Shown here piece by piece: positions 8,860 to 19,475 of a stretch of 64,000 bases of DNA; the stretch's first letter is position 1, and the number at the start of each line of letters is the position of its first letter. Below the pieces are notes generated by a model, which was not told the origin of the DNA, searched no databases, and saw only the letters and a list, made by a program, of their open reading frames with translations. Location: the sequence record SRR31156797_3432; one strand, given 5' to 3'. Made by a program: the position numbers and the translations under genes.

Positions 8860-10505
8860 GTATGCTCCGTGTGGAGAACCTCTCGGTTATAGAAGCCGTG
8901 ACAGTTGAGTTCGAGCGTGGGCTTAACATTATCACTGGTGAGACCGGTGCAGGTAAATCTGTTTTCATCGGCGCTCTTAACCTTGTACTTGGCGCAAGGT
9001 TTAACCGTACACTCTTCCGTGATCCGGAGAAAAAGCTTGTTGTTGAGGCTGAATTTACTGACATAACAGGTCTTTCTAACGATACAAAAGAACAGTTCGA
9101 AATAGAGTCTGACATTATAATCCGACGTGAAATTGATAAGGCGGGTAAGAACCGCATATATATAAACGGTCGTATGGCTACCGTCGAACAGCTCAGAGAC
9201 GTTGCTGTCGGTTTTTGCGATATCCACGGACAGCACGAACATCAGATGTTACTCGACAGTGCAACCCACATAGTTTTCATTGACTCACTTGTTGAGTCTG
9301 TACTTAAAGAGAAGTATGCGGAGTGCTTTGAGCGTTATAACGAGCTTGATAAAGAGATTAGACGTATCAAAAATAATCGGGCTCAGATAATGAAAGAGAA
9401 GGATATGCTTGAATTTCAGCTTAACGAAATCGAAAGCATGAATATCGATGTTGAACAGGACAGCAAGATAGATGAGAAAGTTAGCATACTTTCTAACATG
9501 GAGAAAATTCTTGAGAACGCTTCCGGTGCGCTTGGGATGCTTCGTGATGGTGAGGTTAACGCCTACGATCTTGTCTCCACCGCTACAACAGCATTGAGTT
9601 CTGTTTCATCCTATAGCGAGGATCTCGAAACATCCGTTAACCAGCTTACTGAGGCGACTTATCTTATTAATGATGCCATAGCTGGTGTTGAAAAAGTTGC
9701 TGATAATCAGGAGCTTGACCCTTCTGAGCTTGATTCGCTGATGGACAGAAAATACGCTTTGGCGAACCTTATGAAGAAGTATGGTTCAGACCTTGATGAT
9801 GTTTTAAAGCATGGTGAGGATATCGCACAAAAGCTTGATGATATTAATTTTGGTCAGGATAATTTAGATAAATTAGAAGCGCAATTAGCTGATATACATA
9901 CAGAGCTCACAGAAGATGCGAAACTATTAAACCTTCGCCGTCGTGAGATAGCAAAAAAGATAGAAGATAAAGTTATCGAGTCTCTGACTGAACTTGAGCT
10001 TAAAAACTGTGTCTTTAAGACTGTGTTCGAAGAAGCTGAAAAGCTTGATGCTACGGCTGGGATAAAGGCTGAATTTTTCATTAGTACAAACCCGGGCTTT
10101 GAGCCGGGACCACTTACTAAGGTTGCTTCCGGTGGTGAGATATCCCGTGTGATGCTCGCTCTTAAGGAGGTTTTTGCTGTGGCTGACAAGGTTGATACTC
10201 TCGTTTTTGACGAGGTGGATACAGGTATCAGCGGACGGACAGCGAAAAAGGTTGCCATTAAACTGAAAAAAGTCGCAGGTGCGAGACAGGTGATTGTTAT
10301 CACACACCTCCCTGTGGTTGCATCAGCGGGGAACAGACACTTCCATATAACTAAGGCGATGGAAGGAGATAAAGCTAAAACTAACATAGGTTTAGTAGAG
10401 TCCGAAGAACGTTTGAAGGTGCTTGCATCCATGCTGACCGGAGAGATTACACAATCATCCATCTCTCAGGCGGAAGAAATGATAGAGGATATGATTAATG
10501 CTTGA
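8853..10505 (+). CDS. recN: DNA repair protein RecN
   Basis: TGETGAGKS, IHGQHEHQ, ASGGEISR, FDEVDTG. Confidence 0.95.
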   Translation: MLSMLRVENLSVIEAVTVEFERGLNIITGETGAGKSVFIGALNLVLGARFNRTLFRDPEKKLVVEAEFTDITGLSNDTKEQFEIESDIIIRREIDKAGKNRIYINGRMATVEQLRDVAVGFCDIHGQHEHQMLLDSATHIVFIDSLVESVLKEKYAECFERYNELDKEIRRIKNNRAQIMKEKDMLEFQLNEIESMNIDVEQDSKIDEKVSILSNMEKILENASGALGMLRDGEVNAYDLVSTATTALSSVSSYSEDLETSVNQLTEATYLINDAIAGVEKVADNQELDPSELDSLMDRKYALANLMKKYGSDLDDVLKHGEDIAQKLDDINFGQDNLDKLEAQLADIHTELTEDAKLLNLRRREIAKKIEDKVIESLTELELKNCVFKTVFEEAEKLDATAGIKAEFFISTNPGFEPGPLTKVASGGEISRVMLALKEVFAVADKVDTLVFDEVDTGISGRTAKKVAIKLKKVAGARQVIVITHLPVVASAGNRHFHITKAMEGDKAKTNIGLVESEERLKVLASMLTGEITQSSISQAEEMIEDMINA

Positions 10506-11118
10506 TACATTTGTTAATTTTGTGCTTGGTGCTGTCTCAGATATGGGCTACACAGGCATTGTTGTTCTAATGGCGATGGAGAGCTCTTTCATCCCTTTCC
10601 CTAGCGAAGTTGTTGTTCCTCCGGCGGGTTACCTTGCTGCGCAGGGGAAGATGAATATTTATCTCGTTATTTTGAGCGGTATATCCGGTTCTTTGATAGG
10701 CGCAATCGTGAACTATTACATAGCTGTTTTTGCGGGACGGGCGTTCCTCGCTAAATACGGCAGATATTTCTTTTTTACACCGGAAAGGCTTGATAATGTT
10801 GATACATACTTCAGCAAGCACGGTGAGATCACTACATTTGTCGGCAGGCTTATCCCTGCTGTTAGGCAATATATATCATTTCCGGCCGGGCTGGGCAGGA
10901 TGAGCGTACCTAAGTTCTGTTTCTTCACCTCTCTTGGGGCAGGCATATGGGTTGTTGTACTTGCGTGGGTCGGATATGTCGTTGGTAATAATATTGAACT
11001 AATTAAATCAAATTTACAGCCGATAACAATAGTGACACTAATTGTGTTGACCGTTATCGTTGCGGTCTACGTTTTTTGGCACAAAAAGAGGGGTAGAAAG
11101 GATGAAGCCGCAATTTAG
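10498..11118 (+). CDS. DedA-family membrane protein
   Basis: MESSFIPFPSE, FVGRLIPAVRQYISFPAG. Confidence 0.92.
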   Translation: MLDTFVNFVLGAVSDMGYTGIVVLMAMESSFIPFPSEVVVPPAGYLAAQGKMNIYLVILSGISGSLIGAIVNYYIAVFAGRAFLAKYGRYFFFTPERLDNVDTYFSKHGEITTFVGRLIPAVRQYISFPAGLGRMSVPKFCFFTSLGAGIWVVVLAWVGYVVGNNIELIKSNLQPITIVTLIVLTVIVAVYVFWHKKRGRKDEAAI

Positions 11119-12250
11119 ATTATTTATTTTAGTCGTACTCATATTAGCTTTTTCAACAACATCTTATGCGAACGTCAAAACATACAGGGTAAAATGGGGT
11201 GAAACCCTTTACTCGCTCCTTGACGGTATGTTTTCCCCGCAGGAGATTTTGAGCATCAATAAAGAGCTTAAGAGGCTTGTGCCGAATTTTACCCTGAAAA
11301 AAGGGACACTCATAAAAGAATCCGAATCATCCATAACCCTTATTCCTAACCAACTCACTGATATTTCAATAAATAAAGTTGATGACGATTTCGAACTTGA
11401 TGTAGTAAAGTATCCGGTTAAATCCGTGACAAGCGTTGTCGAAGGTGTGATAAGTAGCAGTCTTGTTCAGGCTGTGAGCGAGCAGGGGGAGGGGATAGAA
11501 CTCGCTTTTATGCTTGCCTCTATCTATGAGTGGGAGATAGATTTTTTCCACGCACTGCGAAAAGGCGACACCTTTAGAATTTTAGTTGAAAAGAAGTTCG
11601 CACGTGATAAATTTATCGGGTACGGCAATATTTTAGCTGCGGATTTTGTGAATCAGGGTCGTTTTATACGTGCCCTCTACTACGAAACAGCCAAAACGAA
11701 AGGTTATTTTAAGCCGGACGGAACATCTATGAGAAAGGGCTTTCTTAAGGCTCCGCTCAGGTACACAAGGGTGTCATCAGGCTATACAAGCAGACGCCTG
11801 CACCCAGTCACTAAGAAATACAGACCTCACTACGGTGTGGACTACGCCGCTCCTACAGGTACTCCGATCTATGCCACAGCAGATGGAAGAGTGACCGCCA
11901 GAGGCTATAAAAAATACAACGGAAACTATATTAAGATAAAGCATATGAACGGATACGAGACATTGTATCTGCACCTCTCCAAGTTTCGCAGGAACGTCAA
12001 AAGAGGCTCGTATGTTCGTCAGGGCGATCTGATCGGTTATGTCGGCTCCACCGGCAGGTCAACAGGACCACACCTCGATTATCGCATCAGGAAAAATGGT
12101 AAACACCTAAACCCATTAAGGTTTAAAGCACCTGAAAAGAAACTTCCTGAAGCAGAGATTGAGCAGTTTGTTCGGTCATCTGCGATATATAAAGGTAAGA
12201 TTGACGATAAGATGGTGAGCAGAAGCGCACGGTTCAGTATGACTAAATAA
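11102..12250 (+). CDS. M23-family peptidoglycan DD-endopeptidase (MepM/Csd3-like), secreted
   Basis: Signal peptide; HYGVDYAA, YLHLS, GRSTGPHLDY. Confidence 0.9.
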   Translation: MKPQFRLFILVVLILAFSTTSYANVKTYRVKWGETLYSLLDGMFSPQEILSINKELKRLVPNFTLKKGTLIKESESSITLIPNQLTDISINKVDDDFELDVVKYPVKSVTSVVEGVISSSLVQAVSEQGEGIELAFMLASIYEWEIDFFHALRKGDTFRILVEKKFARDKFIGYGNILAADFVNQGRFIRALYYETAKTKGYFKPDGTSMRKGFLKAPLRYTRVSSGYTSRRLHPVTKKYRPHYGVDYAAPTGTPIYATADGRVTARGYKKYNGNYIKIKHMNGYETLYLHLSKFRRNVKRGSYVRQGDLIGYVGSTGRSTGPHLDYRIRKNGKHLNPLRFKAPEKKLPEAEIEQFVRSSAIYKGKIDDKMVSRSARFSMTK

Positions 12251-13262
12251 TACGGTTTAGTTCTAAAAATTTGTCTAGCTTAGGTTTTATCTTTTCGAAT
12301 GTGAGATTTTTCATGCATGGGATGTCATCAGATATCTTACAGCTCGATTTTCCGCAAGGCTGACACTCTAGCCCAAGTTCAACAGATGTGTGTGCATCGC
12401 TCCCGTATATCCATCCATCATTAGTGCTTCCTCTGATTATGAATGTTGGTACGTTCTGAGCCGTTGCTATATGGTGCGGAGCTGAATCATTGCCTATATG
12501 AAGCTTTGCTTTGCCTATCAGAGCTATGAAATCTCTTAAACCCAGCTCGGGCATAAGAAATACGTTATCAGGCATCTGAGGGAGATTTTCAGTTATATAA
12601 TCCTTTTCGCCAGGTCCGTAGGTGAGGATTATTTTCGCCCCTCTACCTGTGAGGTATTCAGCAGTATCGATGAAGTGTTCCATCCGCCAGCGCCTTGTAT
12701 CCTTTTTGTGGGTCGGCGACATGGTGACAAGAAAATCATCTTCACTAATGCCGAAGTCTGCCAGAACCATTTCAGCGTTAAGTGTCGATTCAGGTGAAGG
12801 GTATATCTCAGGTTTATATTCGTAAGCTTTGTTATCAAAGTTTTCTACATCAACAATAGGGCGCAGAAGTGAAAGCTTTATCTGTCCTGCTCTGCCCTTC
12901 ATCCTTACAGGTAAATGATTGTAAAATATCTTTCTTTTCGTCAGGTTATAGCATATCCGCTTTTTCGCACCGGACAGGAAGCTTATATATCCTGATCTGG
13001 GGTTATTATGGAAATCAAGCAGGGCGTCATATTTATTGCTTCTGATTCTGCTGATTAAGCTTAAAAATTTACCAAAACCTGAATCACGTTTGGTAGTTAT
13101 TATCTCGTTGATATGCGGGTTGTTTTCAAGTACAGGTGCATTCACTTCGAATGTTAGAAAATCCACAACAGCACTAGGGTAGAGTCTCTTTATCTCTCTC
13201 GGAATATGGGTCGTGAGGACAACATCTCCGGTTTGATATAGCTGTATAAGGAGTATTCTCAT
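12243..13262 (-). CDS. GT9 LPS heptosyltransferase-like glycosyltransferase
   Basis: GDVVL N-terminal motif, IGNDSAPHHIA, Cys-rich C-terminus. Confidence 0.88.
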   Translation of the reverse strand: MRILLIQLYQTGDVVLTTHIPREIKRLYPSAVVDFLTFEVNAPVLENNPHINEIITTKRDSGFGKFLSLISRIRSNKYDALLDFHNNPRSGYISFLSGAKKRICYNLTKRKIFYNHLPVRMKGRAGQIKLSLLRPIVDVENFDNKAYEYKPEIYPSPESTLNAEMVLADFGISEDDFLVTMSPTHKKDTRRWRMEHFIDTAEYLTGRGAKIILTYGPGEKDYITENLPQMPDNVFLMPELGLRDFIALIGKAKLHIGNDSAPHHIATAQNVPTFIIRGSTNDGWIYGSDAHTSVELGLECQPCGKSSCKISDDIPCMKNLTFEKIKPKLDKFLELNRII

Positions 13263-14824
13263 TGCACGTCCTTCACTCTGAATTTAACTATAATCCAATT
13301 TGGTGCGCTATCTGTTGTGATTTTTTCAATGTTATAAATATTTTGGTCAAGCAGGTCAAGTCCCTTGTCCTTTTTTACTAATAAAATATAATCAGTTTCA
13401 GGTTGAATATCATCATCAAGTCTTTTTATATTTTTACCTATCGCCCAGACAAGTTTCATGTTGTCGGAGTATGAATATAAGAAGTCTCTGTCGATTATTT
13501 CAGCGTGGTCTCTGATAGTGAGAAGCTCCATGAATTCACTAGTCTTATTATGTTTGTAAATAACTGGTGCAGCAGAAGATATGAACAGAGCTATAGATAG
13601 GGGTACTACGATTGAATTACTTAGCGTAATCGTTAATTTCTGCTTATAAAAGAATCCTAGAGCGAGAATGCTGAGTACGAGTGTAGCCATTGGGAATATA
13701 GTCTGGCTTATTGCTAACAAATGATAAGCAGATGCGCAGATTGATATAATTAAGAATAGTATTGTGAGTATTTTATAAAGTTTGATTAGAAAGTTTTCAA
13801 ATCGCCCCTGAGGAGCGGATATAACAGAAAACAGGTAGCACCCCACCGGTATTGATTGAATGATGCATATAGGGAGGAGGTACCTCTCCTTCTTTTCAGG
13901 GATGATAGAGAGCATTGCAACAGATAGTACAAGCCAAAGCATGAGAAATATATAAGTCTTTTTATCAGGAAATTTTTTGATAGCATATATTGGAGAGAAA
14001 AGTGCCAATACTGCAAAGAGCCAAATGCCTGACATTGCAGGAAATTGTAAATAATACCAGAATGGCTGAATATGTCTGCTGTGCCAGGCGGCTATCTCTT
14101 GCTTTGCTGAGCTTAAAAGTGCAAAAGAATCGTAAAAATACAGATATACGGTCCATATCTGGCTCAGAACTAAGAATATTAAAATTGAAAATAGAAAAAG
14201 TTTCCATTTTGATATTAGTTGCTTATAGCCTCCGGTAGCGAAATAGCTAACCAGAAATGATATAAGCGGCACATAGAAAGAGACAGGTCCTTTGCTCATC
14301 CAGGATAGAGCCATGAAAACTCCGGCAGCGGTAAACCATTTTTTCGCCTTTTCAGCTTTAAAGCCTTCAAGCATAGTCCATATTGCGCCTAACATAAAGC
14401 TATGACAGAAGATATCCCACGTCCCTTTCCTCGCCATATAGACAAACATATAGCTTGTGGTGAGAATTAACGCTGAGAATAGCCCTGCTGTTGAGCTGCC
14501 CGAGATATTTCTGGTTATTAAGAATAGGAAAATAACTGCTGTAAAGCTTATGACTCCTGCGAAAATTCTGTTATAAGAAAGGTTTGCATCGCTCCCCACC
14601 TGAATCATAGAGAGTGCGGTAAGCCATGTAGGGAGAGGGGGTTTCTCTGTCCTAGGGTTGCCGTTCATAGTAGGTGCCAGCCAGTTGCCTTGCTCTATCA
14701 TCTCCCTTGCGGTGACGAAGTTTCTCGCCTCCATAAGGTCGACATTCATTGTGTAGTTATAAGCGAAAATTGTTGATGAAATTATAAAAAGTGAAATTAA
14801 AAGATAAAGGGTGGCTCTTGTCAC
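13259..14824 (-). CDS. ArnT/GT83-like polyprenyl-phosphate-sugar-dependent glycosyltransferase
   Basis: EARNFVTAREM, PRTEKPPL, KGPV, KERYLLP; many transmembrane segments. Confidence 0.85.
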   Translation of the reverse strand: MTRATLYLLISLFIISSTIFAYNYTMNVDLMEARNFVTAREMIEQGNWLAPTMNGNPRTEKPPLPTWLTALSMIQVGSDANLSYNRIFAGVISFTAVIFLFLITRNISGSSTAGLFSALILTTSYMFVYMARKGTWDIFCHSFMLGAIWTMLEGFKAEKAKKWFTAAGVFMALSWMSKGPVSFYVPLISFLVSYFATGGYKQLISKWKLFLFSILIFLVLSQIWTVYLYFYDSFALLSSAKQEIAAWHSRHIQPFWYYLQFPAMSGIWLFAVLALFSPIYAIKKFPDKKTYIFLMLWLVLSVAMLSIIPEKKERYLLPICIIQSIPVGCYLFSVISAPQGRFENFLIKLYKILTILFLIISICASAYHLLAISQTIFPMATLVLSILALGFFYKQKLTITLSNSIVVPLSIALFISSAAPVIYKHNKTSEFMELLTIRDHAEIIDRDFLYSYSDNMKLVWAIGKNIKRLDDDIQPETDYILLVKKDKGLDLLDQNIYNIEKITTDSAPNWIIVKFRVKDVQ

Positions 14825-15918
14825 AAATTAACCTTTTTGCAGAGATCCAGATATTTATGGAAAACCTCTTCGTCTGTATTAACATATGAGGAGAAATCGC
14901 TAACCGAAATCTGAGCCGCCGCCTGAACAGCTTCAGCTATAACAACAGGCTCAACTTCACTGAAGACGTAGCCGTTTTTACCTTTTTCGATGATCTCATC
15001 GCTTCCTGAATAGATGGAGCAGGCTACCGGAATACCTGTAGCTATAGCCTCAGAGACAACGTTAGCGAAACCGTCGAAGAAAGTCGGAAGGCAGAAAACC
15101 TCAAGATTAGCGTAAAACTTGTCCATCTCAGTAACTTTGCCGAGGAAAGTTATCCGGCTACCTACCTTTAGCGAGTCTGCAAGTTTTTGATAATTTTCAG
15201 GATTACGCCCGCCAGCAACATAGAGATGGTAGTTCTCCGGCATCATAGCTAGAGCTTTGATAAGCTGCGGCAAGCCTTTACGCTGAAAGTTACTTGTCGC
15301 AAGCCCGATGCGGATTTTTTCAGAAGGCTCACGAAGCTCTTCACGTCTGGTCGGGTTAAACATTTTTTTATTTACACCGTTATGGATGACTCTTACCAGA
15401 TGCTCAGCCTCCGGGTAGTCCTCTGCTATCTCACATTTCATGCGGTTAGAGTTAGCAATTACGTGCTGAAGGGAAGGGCTGTTGAAAGCCGCCTTTTCAA
15501 GTATAGGGTTTAAAGCGTTCACTTTATCGAATTTTCTTTTGATTATTTTACGGATGCGGGCAAGACCGGATATACCGAGCATTGTGTACTGCATGAAAAA
15601 GCGATGAACACCACCGCCAGGGCGGAAGATGTGTGCATTTTCCATACGCTCAAAGCTGAATATAACCCCATCGAGAGTCGCCGCCAGTTTTGCGCCTTTC
15701 TCTGCGAAATCCTTAGCTTTGCTGTACCTCGATTTACCTAGCCCAAGCTCAGTAACAGGGTATGGCAGGTCTTCATTAATCTTGTTTTTACCGCAGTAGA
15801 TATGCACATCGATATTGTTTTTGACGAGAAAATCCGCAAAACGATAGCATATCCGCTCTGCGCCGCCGTACTGGTCAAAATATTTAATGAATATGTTAAC
15901 TATCAATGTATTATCCAT
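14821..15918 (-). CDS. GT4 glycosyltransferase (WaaG-like LPS core)
   Basis: GGAER, RKG, FDGFANVVSEA. Confidence 0.85.
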   Translation of the reverse strand: MDNTLIVNIFIKYFDQYGGAERICYRFADFLVKNNIDVHIYCGKNKINEDLPYPVTELGLGKSRYSKAKDFAEKGAKLAATLDGVIFSFERMENAHIFRPGGGVHRFFMQYTMLGISGLARIRKIIKRKFDKVNALNPILEKAAFNSPSLQHVIANSNRMKCEIAEDYPEAEHLVRVIHNGVNKKMFNPTRREELREPSEKIRIGLATSNFQRKGLPQLIKALAMMPENYHLYVAGGRNPENYQKLADSLKVGSRITFLGKVTEMDKFYANLEVFCLPTFFDGFANVVSEAIATGIPVACSIYSGSDEIIEKGKNGYVFSEVEPVVIAEAVQAAAQISVSDFSSYVNTDEEVFHKYLDLCKKVNL

Positions 15919-15949
15919 ATAAGATATTGTAAATGACTACCTTTAAACG

Positions 15950-15978
15950 AAGTTACAGGTGAGAAGGTTGGAAGTCAA
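15950..15978 (-). promoter_or_regulatory. Putative sigma-70 promoter for the GT4-ArnT-GT9 operon
   Basis: Minus strand TTGACT-17 bp-TAACTT about 30 bp upstream of the start codon. Confidence 0.45.
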
Positions 15979-15979
15979 T

Positions 15980-16006
15980 AAAAAATAGGGCAGATTTGCT
16001 CTGCCC
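15980..16006 (-). terminator. Intrinsic terminator after the 87-aa hypothetical gene
   Basis: Minus strand GGGCAGA-GCAAA-TCTGCCC followed by TATTTTTT. Confidence 0.75.
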
Positions 16007-16007
16007 G

Positions 16008-16271
16008 CTATGCTATTTCTAGTTTTTCAGGTTTGAGTCCCATGCCGTCGCCAAGACCGAAGACGTACCATTTAAGCTGTTCGTCTGTCAGTTCGCTTGC
16101 GAGCATGAATGTGTCAACGTCTCTTTCGCCTTTAATGACAATGTTATATGTCTCATTTTCACTCTCAACTTTCTTTTCAAGAAGCAGAGCTACTTTCTTC
16201 TCTTCGATGTTTTCATTAATGTGTCCGAGAACGGAGCAAACGTTGCTCATGAATTCCATGGATGGCTTCAT
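16008..16271 (-). CDS. Hypothetical protein, 87 aa, acidic
   Basis: ORF with GAGGGG RBS, bounded by terminators on both sides. Confidence 0.7.
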   Translation of the reverse strand: MKPSMEFMSNVCSVLGHINENIEEKKVALLLEKKVESENETYNIVIKGERDVDTFMLASELTDEQLKWYVFGLGDGMGLKPEKLEIA

Positions 16272-16338
16272 ACAGCACCCCTCGTTTCTTATATACTAGA
16301 ATATCGGAGATAATGTGTTAATGTTTAGTGGTTTATAT

Positions 16339-16364
16339 AAAAAAAAGGGTGAAAATTATCACCC
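16339..16364 (-). terminator. Intrinsic terminator downstream of nrdJ
   Basis: Minus strand GGGTGA-TAATTT-TCACCC followed by T8. Confidence 0.7.
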
Positions 16365-16517
16365 CTTCTTTATATATCACCCTGTAGGAAATCCTAAGTG
16401 ACTACCAAAACTAGTAGTTCTTAGGCGTGAGTTATTAAAATCAGTTACTCTTAAGCTCACAGCGTGAGCGCAAAAGAATGGGAGCAAATAGCGTCCTTTC
16501 TCAATACGGCTGTAGCT

Positions 16518-18818
16518 CTAGCTACATTTAGAATAGCCGCATGAGTAGCATATATCGCACCCTTCAACGTGTTCTATTTGACCACCGCAGTCAGGACATG
16601 CACCGCTTTTAACTACAGTGTTGTCACTATCGTAATCGTTAGCTTCGAGTAGTTTATCTACAGTGATGTTGTCGTCAGATTTACTGACTTTGATCTCTGT
16701 AGGGCTGTTTGTAGCCTGCTCAAGAGCTTTACCGACAGCATCTGAACAGCTTAGTACAGTGTTAGGACCGAATCCGTAACGCATGTGACAGCTGATACCT
16801 TTGAGCTGTTTGATGATACGGTCGAGGTCGCCGCCGCTTCTGAGGTCGATGGAGATAAGTCTACCTATAGCCTCGCACTGTGACTGAGCACATCCGCCCG
16901 CTTTACCCATGCTTGTAAACACTTCGAAAGGCACGCCGTTTTCATCTTGGTTGATAGTTACATAGAGCTTACCACAGCCAGTCATCATCTCAACTGTACG
17001 TCCGATGAGAACCTTTGGTCTCGGTTTCGGAGTAAATTCTGCTGGAACCGCTTCTGCTGCATTTTCAGCTTCTTTATCCTTTGTCCCAACGTTGAGAACC
17101 TGACCGGTACGGCTACCATCACGATAGATTGTAGTACCTTTACAGCCGAGGTTGTAGGAGAGTAGGTATGTTTTACGCACGTCTTCGATAGTAGCTTCGT
17201 TAGGGAAGTTAACTGTCTTACTAACTGCGTTATCAGTATATTTCTGGAATGCCGCCTGCATCCTTGTATGCCACACAGGTGTTATCTCGTGCGATGTTAC
17301 AAATGCTTCCTGCCACTTTTCAGGGACAAGATCAACACCGTGAACATTACCTGTATCAGCAACTTTATTCAGGAGTTCTTCAGAGAGGAACCCTTCTTTC
17401 TCAGCGATGTCTTTGAAGACGGGGCTGACTTCAACAAGCTTGTTGTTATCCATAACCTGTCTGTAAAATGCGATGGCAAAATACGGCTCGATACCGGATG
17501 AACAGGAGCCTATAATGGAGATAGTACCTGTAGGGGCTACTGTTGTGATAGTAGCGTTACGCATGTTCTTAAAGCCCATGCCCGGATAGATACTGTCTTT
17601 GAATGCCGGGAAGTCGCCTCTGACTTTAGCGAGCTCAGCGGACTTTTCACGACCTTTATCTCTGGCAAATTTCATCACATCTTCGGCAAGCTTTGTAGCC
17701 TCTTCTGTGTTGTAAGGGATGCAGAGCATAGCGAGCATGTCAGCCCAGCCCATGAGACCGAGACCGATCTTACGGTTGCGCTTTGTCTGCTCATCTATCT
17801 GAATGATAGGATACTTGTTCATGTCGATAACGTTATCGAGGAAGTGAACAGCGATTTCTATAGTTTTCTCAAGATCCTTCCACTGGATCTTGCCGTTTTT
17901 AACATATTTACCAAGGTTGATAGAACCGAGGTTACATGATTCATAAGGGAGGAGAGGCTGCTCGCCACAAGGGTTTGTAGACTCAATTTCGCCCTCTTTA
18001 GGAGTAGGGTTTTCAGCGTTGATTCTGTCTAGGAAAACGATACCAGGATCACCACCTTCCCATGCGAGCTGAACCATTTTGTCGAAAACTTCTTTTGCGT
18101 TAAGTTTTCCAACTGGCTCACCAGTTTTAGGGTTGAGGAGGTCGTAGTCTCGCTCATCCGCAACAGCCTTCATAAACTCCTCTGTAATACCTACAGAGAG
18201 GTTGAAGTTTGTAAGTACAGATTTATCTTCTTTTGCATAGATAAAGTCCATAATATCCGGATGGTCAACACGGAGGATACCCATATTAGCACCACGGCGT
18301 GTTCCACCCTGCTTAATTGTTTCAGTAGCTGCATCGAATACAGACATGAAAGATACAGGTCCGCTTGATACGCCTCTTGTTGTTTTTACGACGTCATCTT
18401 TCGGTCTGAGGCGTGAGAAGGAGAATCCTGTACCGCCACCAGATTTATGAATAAGCGCAGTGTTTTTGACCGCTTCGAAGATCCCCTCGAGGGAGTCTTC
18501 AACTGGGAGAACAAAACAAGCTGAGAGCTGTTGAAGCTCGCGACCTGCGTTCATTAATGTAGGTGAGTTAGGAAGGAACTTAAGTGTTACCATCTGTTCG
18601 TAAAAATCTTTAGCAGCAGCAAGTGTATCAGCGTCTTTATCGTAGTTTTTATCTGCTTCTGCAATGTTCAGAGCGACTCTTCTGAACATATCTATTGGTT
18701 TTTCAACGGGTTTCCCGTTTATATCACGTTTAAGGTATCTTTTTTCCAGAACTGTGATTGCGTTTTCTGTGAGTTCAGGTGTGTGCGAGAGAGCCTTTTC
18801 GATCTCCTTAGTGCTCAT
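16518..18818 (-). CDS. nrdJ: Class II (adenosylcobalamin-dependent) ribonucleotide reductase with C-terminal TSCPD domain and Zn ribbon
   Basis: [39 protein letters not shown]-terminal SCSD and CPDC...CDICYSC. Confidence 0.93.
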   Translation of the reverse strand: MSTKEIEKALSHTPELTENAITVLEKRYLKRDINGKPVEKPIDMFRRVALNIAEADKNYDKDADTLAAAKDFYEQMVTLKFLPNSPTLMNAGRELQQLSACFVLPVEDSLEGIFEAVKNTALIHKSGGGTGFSFSRLRPKDDVVKTTRGVSSGPVSFMSVFDAATETIKQGGTRRGANMGILRVDHPDIMDFIYAKEDKSVLTNFNLSVGITEEFMKAVADERDYDLLNPKTGEPVGKLNAKEVFDKMVQLAWEGGDPGIVFLDRINAENPTPKEGEIESTNPCGEQPLLPYESCNLGSINLGKYVKNGKIQWKDLEKTIEIAVHFLDNVIDMNKYPIIQIDEQTKRNRKIGLGLMGWADMLAMLCIPYNTEEATKLAEDVMKFARDKGREKSAELAKVRGDFPAFKDSIYPGMGFKNMRNATITTVAPTGTISIIGSCSSGIEPYFAIAFYRQVMDNNKLVEVSPVFKDIAEKEGFLSEELLNKVADTGNVHGVDLVPEKWQEAFVTSHEITPVWHTRMQAAFQKYTDNAVSKTVNFPNEATIEDVRKTYLLSYNLGCKGTTIYRDGSRTGQVLNVGTKDKEAENAAEAVPAEFTPKPRPKVLIGRTVEMMTGCGKLYVTINQDENGVPFEVFTSMGKAGGCAQSQCEAIGRLISIDLRSGGDLDRIIKQLKGISCHMRYGFGPNTVLSCSDAVGKALEQATNSPTEIKVSKSDDNITVDKLLEANDYDSDNTVVKSGACPDCGGQIEHVEGCDICYSCGYSKCS

Positions 18819-18853
18819 AAATCCTCCGAGGCAGTAATTAAAATTAATGTGTA

Positions 18854-18882
18854 ATGTTATATGCTCATCATACCTTTGTAAA
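18854..18882 (-). promoter_or_regulatory. Putative sigma-70 promoter of nrdJ
   Basis: Minus strand TTTACA-17 bp-TAACAT. Confidence 0.45.
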
Positions 18883-19070
18883 GTCGTTTATTAGGAAAAA
18901 CGAAATTCGTGTAAGTTATTGATGAGTGGTATAACACCTTGTTGTTAAACAAGAATTGCTTGCATTGTAAATAAAACCATAGTTCTATTATACCGTTAGA
19001 TTAAAATGTGTGCGTTGTTGTAAAAGGTTGAAAATGCCTGCTGTAAACAGGCTTTTAGCTGGTAAATGAT

Positions 19071-19475
19071 TCAGTATTTTTCTGTCAGTTTTGCAAGTGA
19101 ATAACTTTTAAGCATTTCCACGAGGTTGTCCTGAATTTCGGTCCACATTACATGAGCTGTACATGAGTGAACAATCGCACAGAAGTCCTCGTCGAAGATA
19201 CACTTGTTAAGTGCAATATCACCTTCGATGGCAGCGATTATGTCGTATACTGTTATCTCAGCTATAGGTTTTGCTATTTTGAATCCGCCCTTCTTCCCTC
19301 TCTCAGAAGATAGAATCTCAGACTTTGCAAGGTTTTGCAGTATTTTACCGAGGAAGCTGTCAGGTATGTCGCATTCTCCTGCGAGTTCAGATCTCATAAA
19401 AGTAGTCCCAAGTGGCTTATGAGCCATGTGGATTAGTGCTCTGATCGCATAGTCGCTTGCTCTTGTTACCTTCAT
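19071..19475 (-). CDS. Rrf2-family transcriptional regulator, likely Fe-S binding
   Basis: DYAIRAL, LGKILQNL, SERGKKGGF; three C-terminal Cys. Confidence 0.92.
   Translation of the reverse strand: MKVTRASDYAIRALIHMAHKPLGTTFMRSELAGECDIPDSFLGKILQNLAKSEILSSERGKKGGFKIAKPIAEITVYDIIAAIEGDIALNKCIFDEDFCAIVHSCTAHVMWTEIQDNLVEMLKSYSLAKLTEKY

Noticed and set aside
9854..10462. Long antisense ORFs (202 aa in recN, also 41676-42281, 1769-2326, 31123-31698)
   Set aside because: They lie opposite well-supported genes and carry no recognisable motifs; typical shadow frames.
12243..12250. Convergent 8-bp overlap of the M23 peptidase and GT9 genes
   Set aside because: Short convergent overlaps are common and there is no further evidence for antisense regulation.
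16518..18818. Intein or intron in nrdJ
   Set aside because: The ORF is continuous and of normal length, with the NPCGE region uninterrupted.
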